Origin: Octopus sinensis
Taxonomy: Eukaryota
Direction of reading: 5' to 3'
Length of the DNA: 64,000 nt
NCBI RefSeq assembly: GCF_006345805.1
Contig: NC_043015.1
Location: forward strand, 16,616,001 to 16,680,000
Shown: one piece after another, positions 1 to 11,706 of the stretch
Layout of the letters: each line of letters begins with the position of its first letter
How positions within the stretch are numbered: the stretch's first letter is position 1
Made by a program: the position numbers and the translations under genes
Notes under the pieces: generated by a model
Told to the model about the DNA's origin: nothing
What the model saw: the letters and a program-made list of their open reading frames with translations, nothing else
Databases searched by the model: none

Positions 1-840
1 AATATTTCGGTGTCCTCCTCTGTATTGTAAGGATGGCTGCCACCAGCCACGCCTCATCAATTTCTGGGGAGCACTCTACCTATTCTTACTCTACAGTAAG
101 TCGGTAGTAGTGTCCACTCAGCTGATTTCAAAGGCACAGTGGAGTATTTTCTCGCTTCTTCTTCACGTACGAAGCGTACCTCCACTGTGCTGTATTTCCT
201 TCTTCTGGTGTAGTACGCCGTTACATTCTTAACTTCTCTCGGGTATTCCTCGACCGCCTTCTTTGCTGCTATTTCCACATTTTTCGTTGCAATATTCAAC
301 GTTCTGTATACTATTGTTTTCTTCTCCGTTTTTTCTATCACTTCCTTGGGAGGCATCAACCTCATGCTATCTCCCTCCTTTCTCAATAAATCATTATATT
401 TCTTGAAGTTTTTCTCCTTCAATTCAACTTCTCTAACTTGCAGTACCTCTGCTGACAGGCTTTTGCCAGTCACCGCAGCATAACTGCCCGCTTGCACTGG
501 TGTACCTTCCATAACAATATTGTTCACAACTTCACCCATAAATGGGGAAGAAAATTTAAAAAACCCGGTAACAAGTTCAACAATTTTAGGTAACAACAAT
601 CCAACAATTCAGTAAATAACAGTTTAACACTAACAGTACTCATATGGAGCGTATACACTTCAAACTCAAATACAACACTAATGACAACACCAACGATTAG
701 CCAGAGATGATTTTTAAAATGAGAATATCTAAAATAAACTCGACTGCTCTCACAAACGAGAATACTAAAAATGAACCCGACCGCTCTCAAAAATTAAGTA
801 AAAACAAAACCAGAAAAATAATCCAGAATCCTTGTCCGGT
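1..840 (-). mobile_element. L1/Tx1-like LINE 5' UTR and ORF1 fragment
   Basis: ORF 57..599 has an SYAAVT motif then a basic, RRM-like segment (VEVRFVREEEA...LLPTYCRVRIGRV) resembling LINE ORF1 proteins; frame breaks near 57; CpG-rich. Confidence 0.55.
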
Positions 841-3167
841 ACCTGATCGATCCCCAACGGTAGCCATGAAATGTGAAAGTGGGTGTGCGGACCGTGTTTG
901 TAATGCTGTATCTGTCATCTGGGTAATGAAAATGTTTGCATAACTTGAGTGCACACATGTCGATAAGTCTTGGGGAATCACTATGTAAAAATTTTGGAAA
1001 CACTGGTTGAAATGCAACAAGAACTTCGGGAGAAAAGCATAATTGAACATAATCATAATTGTAAATGAAATGCATACTGTATCGTGGTTGGAAAAATATG
1101 TATCTATAACATCTGCTAATACACATTCTGTTCTGTTGACATACACGTGGTCCGACAAAGTACCATAGTCTGTGATGGGTATCCGCACATGCTGGGTAAA
1201 GCCAAATTCCTCCATGATGGTCAAGATTTGGTGATGAGAGGAGTTAATGAGATCAACGTTAAAATTCCCAATGATAACGATTATGACATCTCTCGGTATG
1301 GATTGCATGAGGATTTATAGCCTGGAAATGAATATTGCTGTAGTCAAAGATAGTGGTCTGTAGAAAGTAATAATGATAAAATTTTTTTGCGTATTTCGTG
1401 ACCGCGACAGCTGTGTATTCCAGTTGATTGGCTCCCAGGTTCAGCTGCGCTACGGTGAAGTATCTTTTCTTGCAATCGTCATGATATCACTTTCTCGCCC
1501 TGTTATGACAGGCTTGTCTGCTCTGAAGGTGTTAGACAGATGCAGGATGGACTCAACCTGTTGCCGTTGCTTCAAGAATGTCTTCACAAAACAGAAGTCA
1601 TCTACTTGAAGGATTCTCTCATTTGTTTTAAGGTCGTCCTGGTGTTCCAAATAAGATCGAATGTTCGAGGAAGCATCAGTAGTAGTTGGTACAGCATTTA
1701 GTTTGGTGTTTGATTCAGATTCTTGACGGAGCCGGTTCATTTCTTTAACTACAGATAGGTTAACACGGATGTTGCTTGCATCAAATCCTAGGAGAAATAG
1801 ACCATTCAGAGATTTGACCCTGCTGCGAGCAACATATGCCCAACCCGGCATGAATGTTCTCTTTCCTTCCATAGAGACAACAATCTTATCCTGAGTCTTC
1901 CCTTAGACTTTATGAATTGTGCAGCCCCAAGCCAGTGAGAGTGGGAATTGAACTCGTTTTGTTTTAACTAATTGTCTGCCCCTTCCAGTAAAGAACTGTA
2001 CATGCTGACGTTTGATAGGCACTGCTCCAGAGTACGAATGCGCTTATATTGACTGTAGCAATGGCCACTCTGCCAACGCGTTCACTGTCAAATTTCACTA
2101 AGATGGCATGAATGTCATTTCCAGTGTGTTCAGTCTCTGCCACTGTTTCACACTTCATTCGCCAGACTATCGGAGACATCAATGTTTACAGTCACCATCA
2201 CTCTGGCACCAACTGCTACTGATACGACTTCCCTTAAACCTCCAGTCTCTGATGGTTTTGTTAAAATCAGAACATCAATGAGTCCTGTATGAATGCCCTT
2301 CTTGGTGCCAATTTCCTTGATGTTAAACACTTGAGTGGGAAGCGTTTCTAGATGCTCAGCATTATGATCATCTACTTCTTTGTTCGTTTTGAACGCGTGG
2401 AGAGCTTCTGCTGAGTAGCCATTGTCTGTTTTTTTTTAACAACCCTGCATTTGAGCAAGACGATGTCATTCTGTGGACATACACCTATTCTCACCCGCTT
2501 CTGCCTTATGCTCTCTGTAAGTTTAATCAAAGTGAAGTATTCCTCCTAAAGTAAACCGTGTAGTCGGGCGTAATTGTCAGATGGGAAGCCAAGTACTAGA
2601 TTTTGTCCAACAAGCTGAAGCTGGTAAAAGTCACCTACGGCCAAAATACTGACTCCTCCATATTGGGAATATAGGTCAGAGTTCTCACAGATGTTCTAAA
2701 ACCGCCGTGAATGTGAAACGAACATGGAGCTCCGAATGATCACTAGATGCCAAATGAGGGGCCAGATCTACGTTGAGAAGCTGGTCCTCTTCTGGGAGCA
2801 CACGTTCTCTGATTATTACTTCCGCTTCTTGTTCAGATCATTGGAACTCTACATTTGGAGCCACACCCTCCCGGGCATCTTCTGGGGAACCCATCTGCTG
2901 CAGGTCATCATCATAGGCTCTGTCCAGCTCTTCAGCATTAACACTAAACATAACTTCGTTAGCATGGACAATATCCTTTACATGTTCATTGTGTTCTTTA
3001 AAGGAGGAGAATTGGTCTTTCAGAGGGACGAATTCATATCGCCAGGGATAATACAACACGATCAAGTTCCTGTATTTGTCTCCGCCGTATTTCTTTTCCT
3101 TGTGGAACCCTATGATGCAGTATCGCTTGCGCTTCCTCATTTGCCACAGTCTATTATGCAGACACAA
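787..3167 (-). mobile_element. Helentron/Helitron2-type remnant: Rep C-terminus, PIF1 helicase, fused EEP endonuclease (many stops and frameshifts)
   Basis: Rep tail (RKRKRYCIIGFHK...LIVLYYPWR); helicase motifs GGVSILAVGDFYQL (~2600-2660), TGGL...VAVGARVMVTVNIDVSD, QFPLSLAWGC (~1920-1950), AYVARSRVKSLNGL; then in the same frame NIRSY...FCFVKTFL, and downstream GNFNVDL...GTLSDHVY...YFSNHD. Confidence 0.85.
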
Positions 3168-3169
3168 GG

Positions 3170-3707
3170 AAGATAAATACCAGTTCGTAGTCAGGGTACG
3201 CGATTGTTGAAGTGCTGTAACAAGAAGTTGAGGCGAAGAAGCAGAGCCTGTGCGGTACGCGTTGTACGAAGTAGTGGCTATAATGCTACTGCCAGAATAC
3301 TTGGTACGGGAGTTCTCGCAGGTTGTATTTGTTGTTAACCATGGTGAAGTAATTCACAAACAGTGAAGAGATAGAACCTGGGCGAGTGTTGCTGTGTACA
3401 TAGAGAGATGTTGTTGGCGACGGGGATGGAGATTGCCGTATGCTTTTGGTCGAGTGTTGATTCGTCTCCATGTGGCTACTGTTGGTTATCGCTGGAACTA
3501 GCTGTGTGCTCTGTGGTCAGTGGCTAGAACTTAGAAGGTCTGGAACTGAGAGACGAAAGGCGGTGTTGAAGCTAGCATTTTATACCATTCTATCGGTGAA
3601 AACTGACCTTGTCAGAAGGCTGCGATTGGTTGGGTTGCACATTGGTGCGTAACAGAACAAGAGACAAATTGCGCCAATACCAACCAATCAGAGTAGTGGA
3701 CACAACA
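3170..3707 (-). mobile_element. LTR-like sequence, related to the copy at 32699-33618
   Basis: Minus strand starts TGTTGTGTCCACTA.T.TGATTGGTTGG as in the 33.6 kb copy; shares ctctgtggtcag; inner boundary uncertain. Confidence 0.5.
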
Positions 3708-3789
3708 GGGCTCAAAAGAGCGGCCGAAGGCTAGCTGTTATCTACTACGTCCGTATTCATGTATATATAACAGAGAGAGAGAGAGAGAG

Positions 3790-4560
3790 AGAATCCACTG
3801 CACTATGTCGCGCTTCCGTTGCCCGTGTCCACCGAATGACTTCCGTTACCGCTTTAACCGTTTTAACGCATGAGCCTTTATGTTTCGCATTATAGAAATC
3901 TTCGAGAGCCCTCTCTGCCGCTAGCACATCGGTCGTCATGCCTTTGCTAATCACTTCTAGCTTGCTAACTAGCTTCTTCTCTAATGCACTTCTCTGTATC
4001 ACTTGCTCCTTTACTAAAGGCTATCAATTCACATCTATCTGGCGTCTTCTGGGCACTCCACTACAGATTGTTGACAATTTTCTCCGTCAACTGCCGCTTG
4101 ACTAGCTCACTAATACAATCTCGGTAGTCTTTGCGCTCAACTTCCAGTAATCGGGTCCCTGCCTGCAAGTTCTATCAAAGTCGACTGTCTAGATCTCAAA
4201 TTTGAGGTTGGTGTAACTGTCCTGTATAAATTATTGATACCCAACACTATTTCTGTCTGCTAACCTAATGAACACTCTATGTACGATCTGAATATCCTAT
4301 TGTTGTTGCTTTATGTTCTCACTGGCGCATTCAGGAAGTCTAGTCGATGCCTGTCGGACACTTGGAACTATCTGAACAGCTTTCTGAGACTTTTGCAGAT
4401 CGAATTGTGTAAGTTAACCCTACACAATTCAATCGTATGTCTAAAATACAATTCCAGCCATCACCACCCACAAGTAGTGAAACGTTTATACTTCCCAATG
4501 AAGTTTCTAAACATCTAAAGAAATCCAGCTGTCTTGTTCCCGATTGGAGCACGGACGGCA
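3790..4560 (-). mobile_element. L1/Tx1-like LINE ORF2 fragment (APE C-terminus and linker)
   Basis: SLLVGG(D)WNCILDIRL resembles the APE GDFNC.LD motif; downstream LEDFYNAKHKGSCV resembles the Tx1 EN-RT linker. Confidence 0.6.
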
Positions 4561-4830
4561 CTAGCGTAGCTGGGGGTGGGGGTCAGCCCCGGGCGACGCT
4601 TTTGGGTCTGCTGTAGGCAATGTGTTTTTATGGAGTCTGGGGACGGCCTGCCAGCGATTGTGGCAGCTCGTCGCCTCTACGTCGCATACAATATTAAAAT
4701 ACACAGCAACAGAGGATATTGGTTGAGGAAGTTAAAATTCAGTGCTTCCAAGAGTGAAAGTTGTAATTTATTTGATGGAGTTGTATGCAGACAAAATGAT
4801 CGAAGTGTTGTCAATAATAATAATAATGTC

Positions 4831-4958
4831 GGTAAGCTGACAGAATCGTCAGCGCGCTGGGCAAAGTACTTGGTGGCATTTTGTCCATCTTTATGTTCTA
4901 AGTTCAAATTCCGCCGAGGTCGACTTTGCCTTTCATCTTTTCAGGTTTGATAAAATAA
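4831..4958 (+). mobile_element. tRNA-derived SINE family A (truncated)
   Basis: gctgacagaatcgtcagc (A box-like), aagttcaaattcc (B box-like), gtcgactttgcctttcatc core; many copies in window. Confidence 0.75.
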
Positions 4959-4962
4959 GGAC

Positions 4963-5341
4963 TGAAAATATGAAGAATGATGTTCTCAGCAGGAGTAAAT
5001 TCAATAACCGTTTATTCACAGATGCTTCATTCAAGGGGTTTGCTTTCAGTAACCATCTTCACAGCAGTGCGTAGTTAGCCTTCTCTCCCATACACATGAG
5101 GTTCAATAACCTCTGGAGACAATGCATGTGGTATCACAGCAGGACAAAAGCCCGTTGTGAGCTCCTGGCTTCGAAGTCTTGCTCGGCATCAGCATGCATA
5201 GAATGTGAGGGAAAATGTTGTTGTCTTTTCCTTAAATAATGGTTGCAGACGAGATCCTCGTTTTTGTCTTGCGTATGGCAATGGCTGCAGGCGAGATCTC
5301 ACTATTTCAAAATGGCACTGGCTTCTTTGTGCCTCGCTACA
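4963..5341 (-). mobile_element. LTR (TGTAGCGAGG...TTTTCA) with a PPT-like 5' flank
   Basis: TG...CA termini, TATTTAA and AATAAA in the expected order on the minus strand; preceded by gcggagcccc; related copies at 7098-7268 and 45939-46275. Confidence 0.7.
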
Positions 5342-5899
5342 GGGGCTCCGCTTGAGAATGCCAGTGCGAAAGTAGAGAATAACTGGAGCAGGCACAAGAA
5401 AAGAGCAAAGATGGTAACCGATCGCAAACAACAAGATATGGTATAAAAATGTGACAAGTCAAAAAGAAAATTAATTGCAAGAAATATAAAGTGGCATGCA
5501 CAAAATTTGACTAAATGTCCAATGCCAGAGTATTGGAATCAATTACAAGAAAGTAATTGTCCGTCACAGGAAACAAAAGAGATTGTCAGCGTTCCGATTT
5601 TGATGCTTTGCATTCACTGTCACATCGTTCCCGTCTATCGGCATGTTCTGACGCCTCACATGTCAGAAACAGACAATCACCAATTCACTCACCAATTTCT
5701 GACACCATCTTGAAAAAAAAAAACAGAAAAAAATTTTTTTTTCAGCAGACTGTAACACACGTTTGGTGAAAAATTTTTTTCCTTTCTGCACACTGTACAA
5801 AAAAAAAATCAAAAGTTTTGTAAAGAAAATTTTTTTCTGCACACACGTTTATTATTCCAACAACACTTTTGTTGGTTCTTTGGTCGACTCCAATTCACT

Positions 5900-7095
5900 C
5901 AATCAAATAGCCACCATGGCAGACAAGTTCATAGAGTCTACCATGCAGCTTGCACCTCACCATACGTGTTCGGACCCCGTAGTAGCTTCCTCTACTACTA
6001 CAGAGTCTCCTGCCTCGTCACATGACGACATTTTGGAGAGAGTCGATGCATTAACATGTCGCATGGACACACTGTGGCGAGAACACACCAGCTCTCGTCA
6101 TCCTTGCAGCAGAAGCTGTTCTAAGCCACGGTCGTCTAGTTCTGCTCCAACAGTTGGATCTTTTCGGTTTGAACGGCAGTTTTTTCTAGCGGTGTCATAT
6201 GAAATTGTCACCTATAACTATGACCCTAGTATCGATCTATTGCATTTCAACCTGTTTTAGGGTTAGGGTTAGGGGTGGGGGGAAGGGTATCTTTTTCTTC
6301 AGAAATGTAAATAAACCCAATCTGTTTCTTAAATGAGGGACATATTCATACAGCACAGAATGTTTTCACCTCAATAGACGTCACTGATTGGTTGAAATTG
6401 CAGAAATTGAAGGAAAAAAACAACAAATATCTTACAAACTATAGAATTTTCTCAATAAAGCCAAGAGAAAAAGATGTTTTATAAACACATTCTACCAGTA
6501 TACGAAGTTTAAAAGTGTTTAGCTACATGGAAATTATTTTAAAAAACTGCCGTTCAAACCGAAAAGATCCCAACGGTTTCCAATCTCTGCTGGTACCATG
6601 CCAGATTTAAGGACAAAGTCCGTTGATGCATCCAGCTCTGTTCGTTCAAGCTGTTGGGAAACTAGTTGCGGAAGATTTGGGCATGTCAATTTCTTCCTGC
6701 AATTTTTCATCTCATCATGCATTCTTTGTTAAGGATCGTGTGTCTAACGAATCATTCATGGTTGACACTGGATCCAGCTGTTCTATTTGGCCTTTGTGTC
6801 TTACTTCAGACAAACCAAATCAATCTGCTATTAATCTGTACACAGTGAATCTATCCTCAATAAAAACTTAGGGTTAGGTCTCATTAAACCTAGATCTCAA
6901 CCTTCGAAAGGATTTTAGGTGGGTTTTTGCTATAGCAGATCTACCATACCCCATTCTGGGCGCGGACTTCTTAAACCATTTCCACTTGTTAGTAGATGTC
7001 AGGTGACAGAGACTCCTGGACAATTCTATGTCTTTGTTTATGCCTACTCGGGTTACTACTAATGCTGTTTTCAGCCCATCATTTTTTGTCGCTAC
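5900..7095 (+). mobile_element. Gypsy-type gag C-terminus and aspartic protease remnant, interrupted by a MITE
   Basis: SR-rich RHPCSRSCSKPRSSSS, LCWYHARFKDK (gag), FMVDTGSSCSIWP (protease), FRWVFAIADLPYPILGADFLNHFHLLVD. Confidence 0.85.
6151..6576. mobile_element. MITE with ~33-bp TIRs and an internal (TTAGGG)3/G-rich tract
   Basis: gttggatcttttcggtttgaacggcagtttttt at left matches the reverse complement of aaaaaactgccgttcaaaccgaaaagatcccaac at right; splits the gag frame. Confidence 0.85.
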
Positions 7096-7097
7096 TG

Positions 7098-7268
7098 CTT
7101 CAAAGTCTTGCTCGGTGTTCAGCATGTGAAAAATGAGAGGGAAAAATGTTGTCTTTTCTTTAAATAATGGTTGCAGACAAGATCTCATTTTTGTTTCGCA
7201 TATGGCAATGGTTGCAGGCGAATTCTCGCTGTTTCAAAATGGCGCTGGCTTCTTTGTGCCTCGCTACA
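7098..7268 (-). mobile_element. Partial LTR, same family as 4963-5341
   Basis: Ends ...gcttctttgtgcctcgctaca and aligns by eye with 5168-5341. Confidence 0.75.
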
Positions 7269-7437
7269 AGTATAATTAAGCATTTACAAATACAACAATG
7301 TAATTATGAGCGAATAGAATGAATGTATGCTGAAGTCCTGAGGAACAATCAATCTACTTCTTACTAATAAGGTGGCACTGGGTGATGCCAAGGTACAAAG
7401 GAAAACCTGTTGTTGTTATTGTTGTTGTTAATAATAA

Positions 7438-7890
7438 GGTGAGCTGGCAGAATCGTTAGCACATCAAGCAAAGTGCTTAGCGGCATTTCACCCATCTCCA
7501 CGTTCTAAGTTCAAATTCCGCTGAGGCCGACTTTGCCTTTCATCTTTCTGGGGGTCAATAAAATAAGTACTAGTCAAACACTGGGGTTGACGTAAACGAT
7601 ATACCCTCTCCCCGAAATTGCTGGCCTTGTGCAAAAATTTGAAAACATTATTATTATCATTAATAATAAGGCGAAATGGTAGAATCATTAACGTGCCAGA
7701 CAAAGTGCTTAGCAGCATTTTGTCTGTCTTTACATTCTGAGTTCAAATTCCACCAGGGTCAACTTTGCCTTTCATGTTTTCCGGGTCAATAAAATAAGTA
7801 CTAGTTGAGTACTGGGGTCGATGTATTCAACTCATTTCCCTACCCCGAAATTGCTGGCCTTCAGCCAAAGTTTGGAATCTTTATTGTTAT
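7438..7890 (+). mobile_element. Two tandem SINE family A copies with (ATT)n-like tails
   Basis: ggtgagctggcagaatcgttagc...gttcaaattcc...gactttgcctttcat repeated at 7438 and ~7669. Confidence 0.8.
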
Positions 7891-8129
7891 CATTAATATG
7901 GCAAGCTAGCAGAATCCTTAGCACATTGGGCAAAATGCTTAGTGACTATCAAATTTTTAATGTTAGGGATGTGATGATATGTTATCAATTAGTAATAGAA
8001 ATTTTGAAGTCAAAACTTTCTTTTTGGCATCAAGAATGACGTTTTGATATATCCAGTTTTTGAATATTGCAGCAGTCATCTAGGAACTTTTGATATGCAT
8101 GTCAGTGAAGTGTGTTCTTCTATGTTCTT

Positions 8130-8414
8130 GTATTTGTTTCAGTCATTTGACTGTGGCCATGCTGGAGCACCACCTTTAATCAAACAAATCAACCCCAGGA
8201 CTTATTCTTTGTAAGCCTAGTATTTATCCTATTGGTCTCTTTTGCTGAACCACTGAGTTACAGGGACATAAACACACCAACATCGGTCATCAAGCAATGG
8301 TGGGGGGACAAACACAGACACAAACACACACACACACGCACACACATACACACACACATACACTTATATATAAAAGGTTTTGAAAATTAAAGGTGTCTTC
8401 CTGTATGTCTGTGT

Positions 8415-8454
<40 letters not shown>

Positions 8455-9888
8455 ACACAGACATACAGGAAGACACCTTTAATTTTCAAAACCTTTTATT
8501 TAATACGCAAAGCGAACAATTGAAATGTAATCGATAAGTAGGACTACATACTTCAGTATTTAGTTGACATTCCCTTTGCAGTTTTTAATTCAGAAACTCT
8601 TTTGGGCATTGAACTGATGAGCTTTGTGATTGTCTCTTGTGGAATTTCTGCCCACTTTTCACACAACAGTCAAAACAATTCATCTTTAGATTTAGGTTTC
8701 TGTCAAGTTTTTTGTATAGCTCTATCGAGTATGCTCCAAAGATTTTCAATTGGGTTCATGTCAGGAGATTGGCTCAGCAAAGGAAGCTTTTCAATCCCAT
8801 TTTCAGTCAGCCATTGTTGACTTCTTTTCGCTGTGTGACATGGAGCCCCATCTTCCATGAATAAAAACTCATTTTTTTTAATGTTATTGTGAAATACATT
8901 GGAAGTAGTCACTGCTTAAGTATTTTGATGTATTTTTCAGAGTTTATGTTTCCAACACATTCGATAAGCTCAGAACAACCATTGCTGGTGATAGCTTCCC
9001 ATACCATTACAGAGATTCTGCCATATTTCACAGTTGGTTGGAGTCATTTCAAATCAAATTCTTGATTGGGAAGCCTCCAGACTCAAATACATCAACTGTC
9101 TGAAAATAAATCAAATCTGGATTCATCTGAGAAAATCCCTCTATCCCAAAATGAACTGAATTTTTCTGACATCTCCTTAGCCCATTTCTTTCTTTTCATG
9201 ATATTAATTGGTTGAAAGAGAGGTTTTCTTCTAGCTGCTCTTCCATAATCCCCAAGCTTATGCAGATATGTAACACATGTTCATGGACTAACTTCTAGCT
9301 GTTTTGCAATGTCAGAAGCCTTCGAATGGGGTTCGCTTTCCACATTTCTCTGCAAACAGCGAAGCTTCCTTTCCGAGGGCCCAGGTCAGTCGGGACGAAT
9401 ATCTGTTGATTCTTTTCCTTGGCTTTTGAATTGCACTATAATTCAATTTACAGTAGCAAGAAGAATTTGAAGATTTTCAGCAATTTTATGCTGGCTAAGA
9501 CCAGCCTCAAATTGCCCAAAAATACAACCTCTTTGAAAATCTGACGGTTCTACTAAATTTTTTGTGCGCGGCATGGTTACTCTTCACAAATGTTTAATAT
9601 AATGGCACCTAGAATGAAAAAGAATAATTACATTGTAAATTCTACACCACTGAAAACATATTAAGATACTTAGATCAGAAATTTTGAAAATTAAAGGTGT
9701 CAATTTACTTCCTGCATGTCTGTGTATATATACGACAGACATCTTTCAGTTTCTGTCTACTAAATCCACTCACAAGGGTTTGGTTGGCCCGAGGCTATAG
9801 TAAAAGACACTTGCCCAAGGAGTCATGCAGTAGGACTGAACCTGGAACCATGTGGTTGGTAAGCAAGCTACTTACCACACAGCCACTC
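8130..9888 (-). mobile_element. tRNA-derived SINE family B, split by a Tc1 insertion in its internal microsatellite
   Basis: 3' part 8130-8365 (gtttcagtcatttgactg...ggacaaacacag) and 5' head 9725-9888 (reverse complement ggagtggctgtgtggtaag); unsplit copies at 16495 and 34690 show the two parts are contiguous. Confidence 0.8.
8456..9724 (-). mobile_element. Tc1-family DNA transposon, near full length, degraded transposase
   Basis: FMEDGAPCHTAK...SPDMNPIENLW (DD34E C-terminus); TIRs cacagacat(a/g)caggaag...acacctttaattttcaaaa; TA follows the right end and a (TA)n run lies just left. Confidence 0.9.
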
Positions 9889-9946
9889 CTATGCTTCAGA
9901 AGAACTCTTTTTTATTTTCAACTATCTCATTGAGTGAAATAAGAAG

Positions 9947-11077
9947 ATTGACAGGAAAATCTGTATGCTGCTGACCTGCAATAAGATACACCACCCAAAG
10001 GCAAACGCAGATCTTTACCTACCCAGAGCTCAAAGAGGTCAAGGCTTGATCCAATTTGACATCCTCTACAAAACCACCACAATTGGACTGGCAAAATATC
10101 TTGAAACATCTAACAACTGGATGCTAAAGCTCATTGAAAACCATGAAAGACGTAAGAAGGTTCATTCTGTTATGAAGGAGAGCAAAAATTTTTCAGGTGA
10201 GTTTATGTATAATACCCAGGTTGAACAGCATGAGGAAAGTGCAGCAACTGTAGTTGCAAAGAAGGTGAAATCAATAGCAAAGCAAAATGCGCTCAAGCAA
10301 TTGGCTGATAGGTGGGAACAAAAACCTCTGCATGGTAAATATGTGGCCCGTAACAAACAAGCTGATGCAGACCAGAAGCACACCCATCAGTGGCTATGAA
10401 GCTCAGATCTAAAGGCAGTGTGAGAAGGCTTTATCTTGGCTGCCCAAGATCAGAGCTTGTTGACCCGGAACTATCAAGCCAGTGTGATGAAAAATGGTAT
10501 AAACCCAAAGTGCCAATACTGCAGTGATGGGATAGAAACAGTGGACCACATAATCTCTGGATGTAAGGTTTTACCACCTATAGTGTACAAATCAGAGCAT
10601 GACAGAGCTGGCCAATATCTACATTGGATAATGTGTTGGCATTATAAAATCCAAACTGCTGACAAATGATACAAGCACCACCCTGAGGCTGTAACTGAGG
10701 GAGAAAATGTAACTATCCTTTGGGACTTCCCAGTATGTACAGATCGGACAATCAAGGCAAATAAATCAGATATTGTTGTGAAAGACAAAAGCAATAAGGT
10801 CTGTTTATTGATTGACATGAGCATACCCTGTGACCATAATATCTCGGCAAAAGAATTTGATAAGCTCAGAAAAGATAAATATCTTCTAATCGAAATCGAA
10901 AAGATGTGGTATCTCAAGATGATTACAATATCAGTGACTGTAGGAGCACTTGGAATGATCAAAAAAGGAACTGAAAATTATTTAAGAATGATCCCTGGCT
11001 TACCATCAATGCAGGAAGTGCAAAAGATTGTCTTAACTGGTATGTCACATGTAGTGAGAAGAGCATTGTTGCTGTAA
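9947..11077 (+). mobile_element. R4/Dong-like non-LTR retrotransposon 3' portion (CCHC knuckle and restriction-like endonuclease)
   Basis: KCQYCSDGIETVDHIISGC, ILWDFPVCTDRTIKANKSDIVV, LIDMSIP, KEFDK, GALG. Confidence 0.9.
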
Positions 11078-11339
11078 ATTTTCTTTCCTCCCCCCCCCCT
11101 ATTTTATTTGTTTACTTTTCTATCTTTTATTTTTTATTTTTTCTCTTGTCTTCCCCTTTTTCTCTATCACATGACTCTGTAAATGAACATTCTGGTGTGC
11201 TTGTTTTAATGGGCTACCAATGTATACAGTATGTTTCTCTGCTCTAGGTGTCAGGAAGACATTCAGCAAGAAATGGAAACAGAATTGAAAGAAGATGCAA
11301 ATGAAAATTTTAATAATAATAATAATTCGAACTTCAGAT

Positions 11340-11640
11340 GTTTTGAATCCACTAACCACTGTTTCTTTTCTTGATATCCACTAACCAATGTTTCTTTTCT
11401 CTTTGGCCTTTTCTTCCAAGATAGACTGGTTTTATCAGCATTATATATTTGTTTCAAGGAATAGAAAATCTTACCTAATTAGCAAAACATAAATTCTTAT
11501 GCAATTTTCTTTTTGCTTGATTCACTTTCACCTTGCTGCTGAACTAGACTTGTAAAAATGTAATTAACATTGTGACTTGATTCTGTAAGGAAATCATTAC
11601 ATGCCAAAAACACAACTTTTGGTTATTCATTCTTGTTGGG
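11340..11640 (-). mobile_element. Tigger/pogo transposase remnant
   Basis: QGESES...QIYNADKTSLSWK resembles HGEAASAD...QIFNADETGLFWK. Confidence 0.65.
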
Positions 11641-11706
11641 GTAGAACATTCCTAGTTTACTTGATCTCCTTATCATTCTCATATTTTAAAATCAAATGTT
11701 AATATT

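Noticed and set aside
4831-4958. tRNA-like A and B boxes
   Set aside because: Cannot fold as a cloverleaf and recurs with a common non-tRNA body, so it is a SINE head, not a tRNA gene
11475-11548. Minus-strand segment ending TAG|GTAAGA
   Set aside because: Contains in-frame stops and aligns with the Tigger-like GESES...QIYNAD region
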